A stretch of DNA of 36,381 nt from Octopus sinensis (taxonomy: Eukaryota): contig NW_021824694.1 of the NCBI RefSeq assembly GCF_006345805.1, forward strand, positions 1-36,381. Reading direction: 5' to 3'. Within the stretch, counting starts at the first letter, position 1, and every line of letters begins with the position of its first letter. Shown here piece by piece: positions 12,235-24,278 of this stretch. The notes under the pieces were generated by a model. The model was not told where the DNA came from. It saw nothing but the letters and a program-made list of their open reading frames with translations, and did no database searches. The position numbers and the translations under genes are program-made.

Positions 12235-12340
12235 TCGGGGTCACCATTAGTTTTAAACATTGTATGGATTCAATGGGGTCCGTCTGAGTAAAATAGTAGT
12301 TAAAGGGGTCCATAGATAAAGAAATGGTTGAGAACCCCTG
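12235..12340. mobile_element. End of a hAT-like non-autonomous DNA transposon
   Basis: Ends in GGTTGAGAACCCCTG, the reverse complement of a CAGGGGTTCTCAACC hAT-type TIR; partner TIR not found. Confidence 0.4.
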
Positions 12341-12879
12341 ATTTGAAAGGTATTTCTATAAAATTTCATTGAAAATACCCATTTTCATGAAAGCTGTGAA
12401 GGGGGAAAAATGTCATGGAAGTGTTGTTAAAAGTATCCATTTTCCTGGAAGTTATGAGGAAACAAAGTCGATGGGGTATACATCTGTAGTTATACCCCAA
12501 AGTCAGTGGGACATAATTCTGTTCTTATGCCGAAATATTTATAAAAGTGAATGTATATAAAATTGTGTAGAAATGTGTTTGTATATATATATATATATAT
12601 ATGTTTGTATATGAATTATACATTCTATATGATTAAGTTTAAAAAAGAAATGTCACAAGATATTAGAATATTTAATGCATTGGATAATTTCCGACTCTAT
12701 TGTATAGGATTGACGATACATTATATAGACATAAATATATAACACAAAATTATATACACAGGAAAGTAGAATATTATATATGCATGCATATTTATATATA
12801 AACTCAGATATATATATACACCTGCAGACATATACATATAATTATACATTATTATACACAGCCTTCTTGCACACACATA

Positions 12880-13208
12880 AACATTCAGTCCCACTGCGTG
12901 GCACCTTGGGTAAGTGTTTTCTACTATAGCCTGGGGCCGACCAAAGCCTTCCGAGTGGATTTGGTAGATGGAAACTGAAAGAAGCGCGTTGTATATATAT
13001 GTGTGTGTGTATGTTTGCGTTTGGCCCCGAACATCGCTTGACAATGGATGTTAGTGTGTTTATGCTCCCATAACTTAGCGATTCGGCAAAAGTCACCGAT
13101 ACAATAAGTATTAGGATTAAATCCGAGGTCAGTGTGTTCGTCTAGAGGTTGTGCTCCAGCATGGCCGCAGTCAACTGACTGAAACAGGTAAAAGAAAAAA
13201 AAAAAGAA
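12880..13208 (+). mobile_element. Same SINE family, 5'-truncated copy
   Basis: TTCAGTCCCACTGCGTGGCACCTTGGG... through GCTCCAGCATGGCCGCAGTC...GAAACAGGTAAAAG and an A-rich tail. Confidence 0.8.
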
Positions 13209-13796
13209 TACCTTATGATCCACATAGAGAAATGGCAACGGGAGGAATGAAATCCACCTGCTTAAGGACATCTGAGGATATTTCTGGTCTGGCATCACAC
13301 AAACTGCCCAGTCTGGAGTCTCAGCATTTTCCCGTTCTAGTGTGTCTGTCCGTTGCCTAGCAACAACAATTTGAATCAAGTAAAATAAAAGGCGGGAAAT
13401 CCGAGCCTAAAAAATCTGTCTAAATAATTTATTTGCAATAAAACAGACATTGTCAGCATTTTTAAAAATTAAATAATTTTAAGTGATATGAGATATGTCA
13501 CAATTAAGTCATAATTAGGAATTATAATTAATTTGGACGTGAAAAAAAAAGGTAAAACTTGATATGGACGAAAGACGAGTGAAGTAAACTAATAACTGCT
13601 GATATATATATATATATACCCATCATTCTAACTATACAACATACATTTACATATATATTGTTTATATATCAGGGCATTACCATACATAAATGCTTCACAC
13701 TACGAGGGATTATTAAAGTCAAACTACAATAATAATAACATTATATGTATATATATATATATATATACCCACCATTCTAACAATACAACATACATT

Positions 13797-13843
<47 letters not shown>

Positions 13844-13931
13844 GTGTTTATATATCAGGGCTTTACCATACATAAATGCTTCACACTACAAGGGACTATT
13901 AAAGTCAAACTATCATAATAAACACATTATA

Positions 13932-13984
<53 letters not shown>

Positions 13985-14009
13985 GTGTTTGTGTGCTCCA
14001 CAAATGTAT

Positions 14010-14444
14010 AGGTACAGCTGTTCCTGTGTGGTAAGAAGTTTGCTTTCCAACCACAGGGTTCTGTGTTCAGTCCTACTGCATGGCACCTAGGGCAATTCTC
14101 TTCCATTTTGACCTCGGGCCTTGTAAGTGGACCTTGTCAGATGGAAACTGAAGTGAGCCCATCAGACATAAATATATATATATATAGATATATATATATA
14201 GATTCATGTGCGTGTAGGTGTGCCTGTCTGTCGGTCTGCCTAACTCCCACCCTCGCCATAACTTGACAACCGATGGTGGTGTGTTTACATCCCTGTAATT
14301 TCATTCAATAAAAAAGACTGCCAGAATATGTACTAAGCTTTCAAAGAGTAAGCCCTGGAGTCGATTTGTTCGGCTAAAGCCCTTGAAGGCATTGCTCCAG
14401 CATGACCACAGTCCCATTGCTGAAACAAGTAAAAGAATAAAAGA
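14010..14444 (+). mobile_element. Same SINE family, diverged copy
   Basis: Collinear similarity to 26324-26720 over head, body and tail. Confidence 0.8.
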
Positions 14445-14464
14445 GTGTTTATATATCTATACAG

Positions 14465-14467
14465 ATG

Positions 14468-14525
<58 letters not shown>
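14465..14525. repeat. (GATA)n microsatellite
   Basis: Read directly. Many other (TA)n, (CA)n and (GA)n tracts occur, e.g. 940-990, 11400-11515, 13790-13840, 17130-17205, 25825-25890, 26720-26810. Confidence 0.95.
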
Positions 14526-14591
14526 GAATATGATGATACTGTGGTGATCCTGCATGGCCGTGACCTTTACACTAGAGGTCAATACTACATA

Positions 14592-14629
<38 letters not shown>

Positions 14630-14661
14630 GTGTGTGTGTGTGTGTGTGTGTGTGTATGGAT

Positions 14662-16035
14662 ATTCTTTTAGTCTTTTATTTGTTTTAGTCACTTGACAGT
14701 GGCCATGTTGGAGCACCACCTTCAGTCAGGCATATCATCCCCAGGACTTATTCATTGTAAGCCTTGTACTCATTCTGTCAGTTACTGTTGCCGAACCACA
14801 AAGTTACAGGGATGTAAACACACCAACATCGGTTGTCAAGCAATGGTGTGGACAACCACAGACAAACAAATATATACATACAGTGGTGGGGAAATAAATA
14901 TTCGTAAACGTCATAATTCTTTATTTATTTAATTTCTAATGAACATAAATGGGATATACCAATACTATATTTGCATTCACTTGCATAAACTAAGAATATG
15001 CAAAAGAAACTAATAAATTATAGTAACTAAGGAGTTTATATACAATTATAAATATTTAGGGGTGAAAAAAGTATTCGTACAAAATAAATTTATAATTTTC
15101 TATGCCACAAAATACGGTTAAAATAATTTTATTTTTACTAGAACTTTCTCGTTTGTTCCAATAATCTTATCAGTTGTCATTTCTAAGTGTGAAAACACTA
15201 GCTTCTTCATTCAACATTGAGACAATATAAAGTAGTATCGTAATAATGGCAAAAAGTAAAGAACTCACAAATTCAGTGAAAAACTTAATTATTGAACGGT
15301 GGAAAAGAGGTAAAAGTTACAGGAAAATATCAGAGACCCTTTGTATTCCACTTTCTACCATATTTTCATTTATTCAAATATAAAAAAATCGGGAACTGTT
15401 GAAAACAGAATAAGATCCGGTGCACCATGCAAGATTTCCCATAGATCTTTAAGAAAAATGAAGTGAAGAATTGGAAAAAACTCAATGATCACCAGAAAGG
15501 AGTTGCAAGAAGACTTGTTAGCTTCAGAGACTAGTGTTACACTAAGAACAATCAGCAATGAACTTCATAGGAATGAACTGAAATCATGCTCTCCTAGAAA
15601 AAATCCACTGTTGACTAAAAGGCATAGAGATGCCCGTTTAAAATTTGTTTATGAACATAAAGATAAATCTGATACATTCTGGGAAAATGTTCTATGGACA
15701 GATGAGTCGAAAATTGAATTGTTTGGACGAAATTCGCGTAGCCATGTTCGGAGGAAAGATAGTACCACCTATTCGCCGAAAAACACAATTCCTACCGTAA
15801 AGTTTGGAGGTGGCAACATCATGGTGTGGGGGTGTTTCTCTGCAAATATTTATTTCCACACCCCACTGTATATACAAGTTTCTTTCAGTTTCCGTCTACC
15901 ATATCCACTCACAGGGATCTGGTTGGACTAAGGCTACAAAATAAGACACTTGCCCAAAGCGCCTCTCAGTGGGACTGAACCTGGGACCATGTAGTTGGGA
16001 CGCAGGCTTCTTATCACACAGCTACACTAGTGTCT
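14662..16035 (-). mobile_element. Same SINE family, split by the Tc1 insertion
   Basis: The 3' half (14662-14880) and 5' half (15871-16035) join seamlessly at the TA when the Tc1 is removed. Confidence 0.8.
14881..15868 (+). mobile_element. Internally deleted Tc1/mariner DNA transposon with transposase pseudogene
   Basis: TA target duplication at 14879-14880 and 15869-15870. Imperfect TIRs CAGTGG..GGAAATAAATATT. Frameshifted transposase from ATG 15246 (MAKSKELT...; WENVLWTDESKIELFG; PTVKFGGGNIMVWGCFS), truncated directly into the right TIR. Confidence 0.92.
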
Positions 16036-16204
16036 ATATGTATATATAAGCAAACATCAGTCTATATAGATATACATACATATATCTATCTATCTGTGTC
16101 TATCTACATATATATATATCAATCTGTCTATCTATCTATGTATCTATATATATATATATATATTATATATATATGTCTACATATATAAATATATATATTT
16201 TTAT

Positions 16205-16370
16205 AGAAAAACAAAAGACAAAACCGGGTGTATGATCAACAAGCAAGTGTATTAGTTTGATACTCGGAAAACTAGTAAAAGTGCTTCATGTTTCGAGCCT
16301 ACGCTCTTCAACGGAAAGGAATAAGACAAAATACATCAAGAAAGAATGAAAACACCGTTTAGAGTTCAGA
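16205..16370 (-). mobile_element. Probable PLE-derived repeat fragment
   Basis: Minus strand TTGAAGAGCGTAGGCTCGAAACATG is a hammerhead-core-like string in a repeat I recognise from octopus DNA; stems I and III are not convincing. Confidence 0.35.
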
Positions 16371-17130
16371 GCTCCATCATCGTGTGTGTTTGTGTGTTTG
16401 CATGTGTGTGTGTGTGTATGTATGTATGTGTGTGTGTGTATGTATTAGATTTTGCTTATAATAAATTGTATTAAAGGGTACATCTCCATTCTCTTGTCTT
16501 CATTTGAATGATTATAAACCATGGTTTATATGTAAACCTATCATTTTCCCTAAACATATTAGGTATTTAACCAGTAACTTCTTGAATGGTGCCATCCCTT
16601 AACTAAGGCGAAATCCACCTCTAATCGAACTTATGAATATATGAAAACATCCAAGATTGTATTCTGATAGGAAAAAAGAAAACACCCAAAGGTGCTGTGT
16701 CACCTTTTTAATCAGTGAACGGAAAAAAATAGAATAAATAAATTTATTTTTAATAAATTCAAAATAACACAATGATTGTGATGGTGATGTTGATGATGAT
16801 GAAGATGATAATGCTGTTGTTGTTGTGGTGGTGGTGGTGTTGGTGTAAGTATTTGCATCCAGACTGAAGAAAGTGAAAATTATACTGAACAATGCATATT
16901 CATTAGAAGAACCAGTTTCTAAGGGTTTTAAAAGCAAAACCCTTGAGATGACCCTGAATCTGTAAATGAATGTGTTATCAGTTTGCAAAGAGGTTTCAAT
17001 TATATTTATTTTTGTCTAAAGGCAGCTTAGCCATTGTGACACAAAAGCAGATTGTTAGATGTTGAGAGGGAGGGAGGGGAAACGAAATCAAAAGAACAAC
17101 AAGGATCAAATGATTTCAGAGTGATTATTT

Positions 17131-17171
<41 letters not shown>

Positions 17172-17504
17172 GAGAGAAAAAGAGAGAGAGAGAGAGAGAG
17201 AGAGGAAAGAATGAGGTGGTGTACAGGAAAACAAAAACAATACACAAAGCATTATATTTTTAATAAATGACAGCTGAAACTAATGAATAAGATGATGATG
17301 ATGATGAGAGTGGGGTTTTTCTTGTGGTGGCGGTGGTGGTGGGGATGTGAATACTTGCATTTTGGGGACCAATGTGTAAACAAAACCCTTGAGTTGTTGA
17401 GTAAATGTAAATGAATGCTTTATCAGTTGGAAACAACTGGAATTATTTCAAAATGGATTTTGAGATCTTAAGAGGGAGGAAGTGAAAATCAAATCCAAAT
17501 AACA

Positions 17505-17650
17505 ACAGGAGTGTCTTTGTGATAAGAGGCTTGCTTCCCAACTACATGGTTCCAGGTTCAGTCCCACCGTGTGGCACCTTAAGCAAGTGTCATCTACTAT
17601 AACCAAAGCTTTGTGAGTGGCTTTGGTAGACAGAAACAGAAAGAAGTCCA
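17505..17650 (+). mobile_element. Same SINE family, 5' part only
   Basis: CATGGTTCCAGGTTCAGTCCCACCGTGTGGCACCTTAAGCAAGTGTC...GGTAGACAGAAACAGAAAGAAG. Confidence 0.75.
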
Positions 17651-17687
17651 TCCTGAATATATGAGTGTGTGTTTGTGTATATATGTA

Positions 17688-17732
<45 letters not shown>

Positions 17733-17769
17733 ATATTTCGGAATGGTCATTTTGCCAGTTTAGCCAATA

Positions 17770-18560
17770 AAAACACACGCACTATGTATTTGGTGTTATT
17801 TTGCTTCAGTGATATTTATTTTTTACATTAATCTTAATCTTATTTCGGCCAAAGTTCTTTCGTCACACTCCTGTGACCGCATCAGTGGTCCTTTGTTTTC
17901 TTCTCACTTACTTGTGTCTCTCCTTACTAACGTCAGCCATTTTGTATTTCTATTGTATGTCTTCATTTGCGCATGCTTATATCTCTATGTGCGTCTATGT
18001 TTATTTAGTGTGTGTGTGGGGGGGATGCCTGTAATATTTGTATCTTCTGGTTATATACATTCTTGTAATTTGCATTTTGTTTTTGTTGTTGTTGCTTTTG
18101 TTCTAATTTTGTTCATGTGTTTACATCCACCCATTATTATCATTACATATGCTTGTATGTATGTATAACAACAATATTAGTAATAATAATAATAAATCTA
18201 ATCGAAAAAAAAAAAATCTAATCGAAAAAAAAAATATATATATATATACATATACATACATATATACATAGATATATATATATATAGTTATTCATTTCTA
18301 TTTGTTTATTTATCTGTGTATTTATTATGTTTTCGGGATCCACTATTGTCATATGTTGTGGTGTGCGCTATTGCTCCATTCTAGTTTTCTATTCAGGCTA
18401 GGTTTATTTTCTATTATATGTGTAGCTTCTGTAATTTGTCTAATTGTTGCATCTGTTCTATGTGTGGACAATATCTTAATCTCTATGTTATTGATTGATC
18501 CCCCGTGTTCCTGTTAGGCGTGTTGGTACAGAATCGATGAGCTTTTTCGATTAGATTTAT
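17770..18560 (-). mobile_element. Penelope-like element (PLE) 3' remnant
   Basis: Minus-strand translation ILYQHA*QEHGGSINNIEIKILSTHRTDATIRQITEATHIIENKPSLNRKLEW (~18535-18375) resembles the PLE GIY-YIG endonuclease C-terminus; hammerhead-like motif downstream at ~17845-17892. Confidence 0.7.
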
Positions 18561-18669
18561 TATTATTATTACTAATATTGTTGTTATACATACATACAAA
18601 AGGAAGAAAACAAAATCCACAGAAAAGAATATATTCAACAGAAAAAGATAATAATTCTATATTCATAAA

Positions 18670-21600
18670 ATGGAGAAGATTAATGAAGAAAACAAAATGT
18701 TGGCTCTCAATCCTGCCACAGTCTGTGATACAACAGCAATTTATAAGGAAACTACACCAATTCTTCCCCAAATATTACATACACAAAACACAAAGAAAAC
18801 AGAAGAACAGGAAAGAAAAGACACAAAGAAATCTAAAGAACAGGAAAAGTCCATGTTACCAAGTTTCCTTCATATTGTGACATGTTACCGAACACTAATC
18901 AAAACAGACCACATCAATACATTTATAGATTATGTAAAGGATAAATGTAATCACATGCACTCTCTGGGTTTAAATGGATCTTGAATTTTACGTAATATCA
19001 AACGTAAAATGCCAAGATTTCTGGAAATTGCAAGACAAAATAATGATTTTGTTCACCAAAACTTTGATTGGTTTCAACAAAGACTCTTTGACATTTATGT
19101 CACCTGTAACCCATACAACCACAAGACCATTGAACCACCAAAAGTAACCACAAAATTTCGGCCTCTTCAGCCAGTTGTGACCAGAGAAGCAAACATTGAG
19201 GAATCTGGAGAAGAATTTGAAGAAATCCCAATAATATCAAATATTGTCATCATAGAGGAGGGAGTGATGACATATTCCCACCATTGCAAGATAATAAGTT
19301 TAGTAACAAGAGACAGTGACAGAATTGATGTCCATTGTCCATCTTCTGTGACCAGTTTCACCAGAATCAGTGAAGACATGGTTCTGGCAACCCTCCCCTT
19401 CCAAGAAATGATTCTTATTATCAGCACCAAAACCTTTAAGATCAAAAGGATAAAGTTGGGGTTATATATGGTGAGTTACTTGGAAGATTCTACACTTATA
19501 GGTGTAGAAATGTTTGGTGAAACAGTTTACCAATTTGATTGGGAGGATAATACCATAAACTATCAATTTATTACCAAAGAAACACCTACAGATATTGCTG
19601 TAGGGGTCCAGAATATACTTGTAATTACATTCGCCAGCATCAACAGAGTAATCTGTTACAAACTGGATGGTCAACAGTTATGGGAGGTAGAGACCCATTC
19701 TCTGCACCTCCCAAGTAAAATCTCTCTGTACCAAAATTATTTCTATGTCCTCCAGGGACAAATAATTTATAGGATTTCAGCTAAAGGTGGTGTAACAAGG
19801 AGGGACATTGGCAGGAAATGCCGCTCTATTTCTGTTGGTAAAGATACCATTTTGGTAACAGATTATTGCGGCAAACCACATGGTATTCAAATGAATAAAG
19901 ACTTTTGGCCCAAACTGTCATACAACCACCAGCTACATACCCCCAGTTTAAAAGACTATATTGATATTGAGGATTGCTACAACATTACTAATATTCTACC
20001 TATGTCTACATCTTCTATATTAATAATTTACAAAAACAAGAAAGCTAAATTATTCACTGATAACGGGGAAATAATTAACCAAAATAATTCAGTTTTCTTT
20101 GAGCTTCCTTCTTTCTGTTGTAGAATAAACGCAAACAGATTCCTGGTATTTTATTGTGAAATGAAAGGATTTCAGTATATCACCTGTCCTGAACTAAGAA
20201 AAGGCCCTTTAATGAAAGTCCATACTGATTACATGAAAATATGTCATATTGTATCAAATAAGTGTCTGGCTGTGACCACCACTGAAAACAAAAGCGAGAT
20301 CCATATCCTATTGATCAACAAAGATAAAGTTGACATTGCAGAAAGAATTTCTCTGGGACATTATAATGTCAGCATTGCTGCAACTCCAATTAATTTTGTA
20401 GTCGTAGATGGAAACGAAAATAAAATGGTATTTTATTCCACATGTGGTGAAGAACTTTTTCAAAAATACCTTCCATTCTATGGCTACCCTCATCACATCT
20501 ACTCTGATAATGTTTATTTCTATGTCCTCTTCAAGAGACACTCTATTCTCAGATGTTACGATCAATATGGAGAAATGAAATGGCAGTGGGAACTGCCTTT
20601 CCCTGTTCACCCTCACATTGCTGTTTTCCAAGGAACTCTTTATGTCCCGGACGCTCAACTCAACAGGGTTCTTCTTTACAAGTATCAAGGCCGGTTGTCT
20701 GGCTGTCGTTTACACACAAAAAATCCTTACATCAGAAATCTAAATCTACGACTCAAAGAAAAGGAGAAAGACCAAAAACTTGTCATTGGCGAAATATGTA
20801 ATCTGTCCAATGGACAGTTGGTGGTGTCTGACATCAAGCATGATTACTTGTTGTACATTTCTGAAGAAGGAGACATTGTGTCCAGATTATCTCTGCCGTC
20901 TACAGCCACAGATATATATCGATGGGATTCAAATCATATAGGGGTCACATTACCCCTACAGAAACAATTAAGGGTCATCGGAAACCTATCAAAGACAGTG
21001 AGAAGTGTATCATTAAGGCAGCCTTATGTACAGGTGTGTAAGATGGGTGAAGGTGAAATTGTTTGTTATTGTGATAAACCATCACATTTAGATATTTTAG
21101 CCATCAATTATTATAATCAAGTTGAAGTAATTAAGACAATTAATATCCCTGTGTTTGTGAAATCATTATCAATAGACACAAAAACAGAAAAGCTATTAAT
21201 TGTTACTAAGGAAAAAGCTTTCCAGTACAACACTAGAATAGGTGGTGGTGGTCATGTCGGTCGTCAGATGGTCCCCAGTGTTTTAATGTCCCAAGTGAAA
21301 CGTCCCCTCAGTCTCCAAGGTGGATCTATTGACCAAACATCTGTTTATCTGATAGACAGAAGCCGTATGTTTGCCATAAACGATCAGAATTTGTTGGTCA
21401 ATGATCTCGTTACTAATAATCAACTTAATTATTACATCGACCTGGTGGATGTATTTCCCAGAAACATTTCTCTCAGTGAAATGTTGTCTTCCACTTTATA
21501 TCTACAGGACCTGACAGTTTCTGATAAAGCCAGACATATTCGTCTCCCTAAACATTTGGGAGACAAAGAACCAGTGGTAATTAATCATTTGTTAATTACT

Positions 21601-24086
21601 GAAAATAACTTGATTGCAGGATTTGACTGGGAGAATGGAAACATCAAGATATTCACATTTGATGGTCACCTTTTGGATTCAATCAAAGTGAATTTTTATA
21701 CATGTAATAAAATGTGTCGATGGCAGTCAAACACACTGGTCATTATAATTTGGATTGTTTTTATGCTGAATCCGAACTGTTGACATTAAAAGTGGAATTT
21801 CCATTGTCGTTGGTAATTTACCAAACAAGAAGAAAATATCATTGTGTGGCTTCTTTATCAAATAATCAACTGGTTTGTAGTAATTTGGGAGATGCATGTC
21901 ATTTGTATTTTGTTGATATTGATGAAATACATTCGAGTGCGAAGGAAATAAAACAAATAGACATACCTGAACCATTAATAGAGAGAACAGAAGATGGAAA
22001 TTATTTTGATGTCATCCATGATATTAAGGTTACTGCTGAAGATGTCATCATTGTCTTAAATGAAAGATTCATAATTTTCTTCAACAGTGATGGTCAATAT
22101 TTACATCCAATCAGACACTACATCGATTTTGATTATTTTGTTGCAAGCAAGATGACAACTGATGACAGTTTTTTGTACATTTATGGTGAGTGGAAGAAAT
22201 ATTTGGGTCTGTTTAGATATAAAAACATTTTGTGTTGGACCCAAAAAGGGGAATACAAGAGAATATTTTTAAATCAAAGAATTTATAAAGATAAAGTAGA
22301 ATTCTGCAATATAGAATGTAAAGGACCAAGGTTTGTTGGAAGCCCCACAGCGGGATGGAGAAAGAATGAATTGTATGTTGAAGGGTTGTTTATGGTGAAT
22401 CGAGACAGCTTCCCGGTTGCTCGTTTACAAACAGACGAATGTCCTGTTCAAGTGAAAGATTTTGATGTCTCTGAGGAAGGAAAGACAGTTGTGTGTGAAA
22501 AAGCCAATAATGGAAATTTTAAAATATTTGATAGAGATGGGGAGTTGCTATGTCATAGAGATGCTGGAAGTTTAGTTGGTGGTGTGTGTTTTACACAAGA
22601 ATCACGCATAATGGCCACGGTTCCTAAAAGGAAAGAAATATTTCAACTGAATGGAGAAGATTTGCAGGCATCTCAAGTTTGGTCGAGTCTCATCCCTTAT
22701 GGTATAATATGGAGAAAAGTGGCGGGTATTTACTGGTGTGTACATAATGAATTGATTGAATGTCATTGCATAAAGATTGATGGGGACCAAGTGAACATTC
22801 TGGAATCTGTGTTGTTATCAAATCTTGATTCTGGTCTTCGTTTCCCTTCCATTACATCTGAAACGAACAAGGAAATATTCAGTAATGAATTAATTAATAA
22901 ATTGGAATACAGAGAAGGAGATGGAGATGGGGGAAGAAAAAGAAGAGGTAAATCAGGTGAAATAATTGGTAAAGATAGATTAAAGGTGAGATGTGGTAAT
23001 TACATAGCAGAGATTAATAATTCAGGAATTGATAAAATATCAGTGAGGAGACTTCCATATAGGACAGCAATGGTCCCTTTTTCCATTCCTGCATTCGAGG
23101 AACCTGTTCATTATGATTATAGTGACATTAGGGACCGGAACAGTAAACTAATTAAGTTAGATGAGAATGTGAGTGTGTTGGTGTTTCGAGAAAGTGTCAC
23201 ATTAATCACAACAACAACAACAACAACAGTGGACATACTTCAACATGAACAACAACAACGACCACCACTGGACATATGTCGGTGGACAGAGGAATGTTTC
23301 ATTGTTGCCTTTGGGAGAGAAATGAGGGTCTTCAACAGGGATCTCTGTCATTTAAAAACCATCAGAACTGAGAAATACTACAACAGAATTTATAAATACA
23401 ACGACAATCAACTCGTGTGTGGTGGTCATTATATTAGAGACATAACTCAAGAAGAGAGACACAAGAAATACAAAAGAGAATGGAAGAACAACAAGTATTA
23501 CTATTATTGCAAAGACCCCAACCTCTTTGACCCTTATTATGTGGATGTGGTTGATATCAAAGATGGGAAATGTAAAGATGAAGTGTGTCATGGAAAAATG
23601 GGGAGATTGGGAAGGTTGGAAGGAGCAGGGGTGGTGGATGGTGTGGGAGTCACATCTTTTGATGATGTTGTTGTTGTTGTGAGGTGGGAGATAAAGGAAG
23701 AGGACAAGCCTGAATTGTGGAAAGATTTGTGTTTTGTGGAATGGTTCAGGGAAAAGACTTTGGTGAGGAGGATAGAAACAAAAGGCTGTACATCTTCTGC
23801 TCTGGAATATTATATTCCAAGACGTCATTTAACCATAATTGGTGAATGTGTTTATATAACAGATAGAAGAAACAGTATTTATGAAATACCTCGACATATT
23901 GAAGAGGAAATAACTGAAAATAAGGAAATCGTGATTTACGAATATAATCCAAAATATTTACTCCTCAGATGGGATGATAATGAAGTGTTTGAAGTTCTTG
24001 GTTTGGATGTTTCAGACAATTCTTTGATGGTTTTTGGAATTATTCCTGGACGTCAATCTTTTGCTTTCTTTTATTTTGACAAATAA
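18670..24086 (+). pseudogene. Paralog B: same multi-propeller family, ~1,805 codons, with in-frame TGA at 18982-18984 and a 1-nt frameshift at ~21748
   Basis: ORFs 18670-18984, 19009-21783 and 21714-24086 align with A. TGA replaces CGA (A 5499-5501), and ATAATTTGG replaces ATAAATTTGG of A. 5417+1=5418 nt is divisible by 3. A shorter product from ATG 19009 is still possible. Confidence 0.7.
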
Positions 24087-24148
24087 ATATTTCCAGAAAT
24101 ATTAAACTTCAATCTTCTTCTTCTTATTGTTGTTGTTGTTATTGTAAA

Positions 24149-24211
24149 TGGCTTTGCCTGGGAATCGAACCTGCATCGCATACATTGCATTCTACACACT
24201 ATCACTTAGTG
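24149..24211 (-). repeat. tRNA-like element 3' of B
   Basis: Same motif with B-box GGTTCGATTCCC, ~60 nt after the stop. Confidence 0.55.
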
Positions 24212-24278
24212 TTGTAACATTCCTCAACACACTCTCTTTGTGTGTGTGTGTGTGTATATTTATATACAGTATATGTAC

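Noticed and set aside
12924-13379. 151-aa minus-strand ORF
   Set aside because: Two thirds lies in a SINE; only 13212-13379 is unique and is covered under the X-box finding.
15485-15931. Active transposase ORF
   Set aside because: The N-terminus is frameshifted with stops, and the ORF ends after the first catalytic Asp region, reading through the TIR into SINE sequence.
16599-16988. 129-aa minus-strand ORF with poly-Thr/Ser
   Set aside because: Derived from (GGT)n/(GAT)n tracts; no other coding evidence.
23352-23828. Antisense ORFs over the propeller genes (also 5684-5935, 6774-7049, 9860-10332, 20308-20688, 30547-30870, 33629-33862)
   Set aside because: Shadow frames of the sense CDS; they recur between paralogs only because the sense genes are duplicated.
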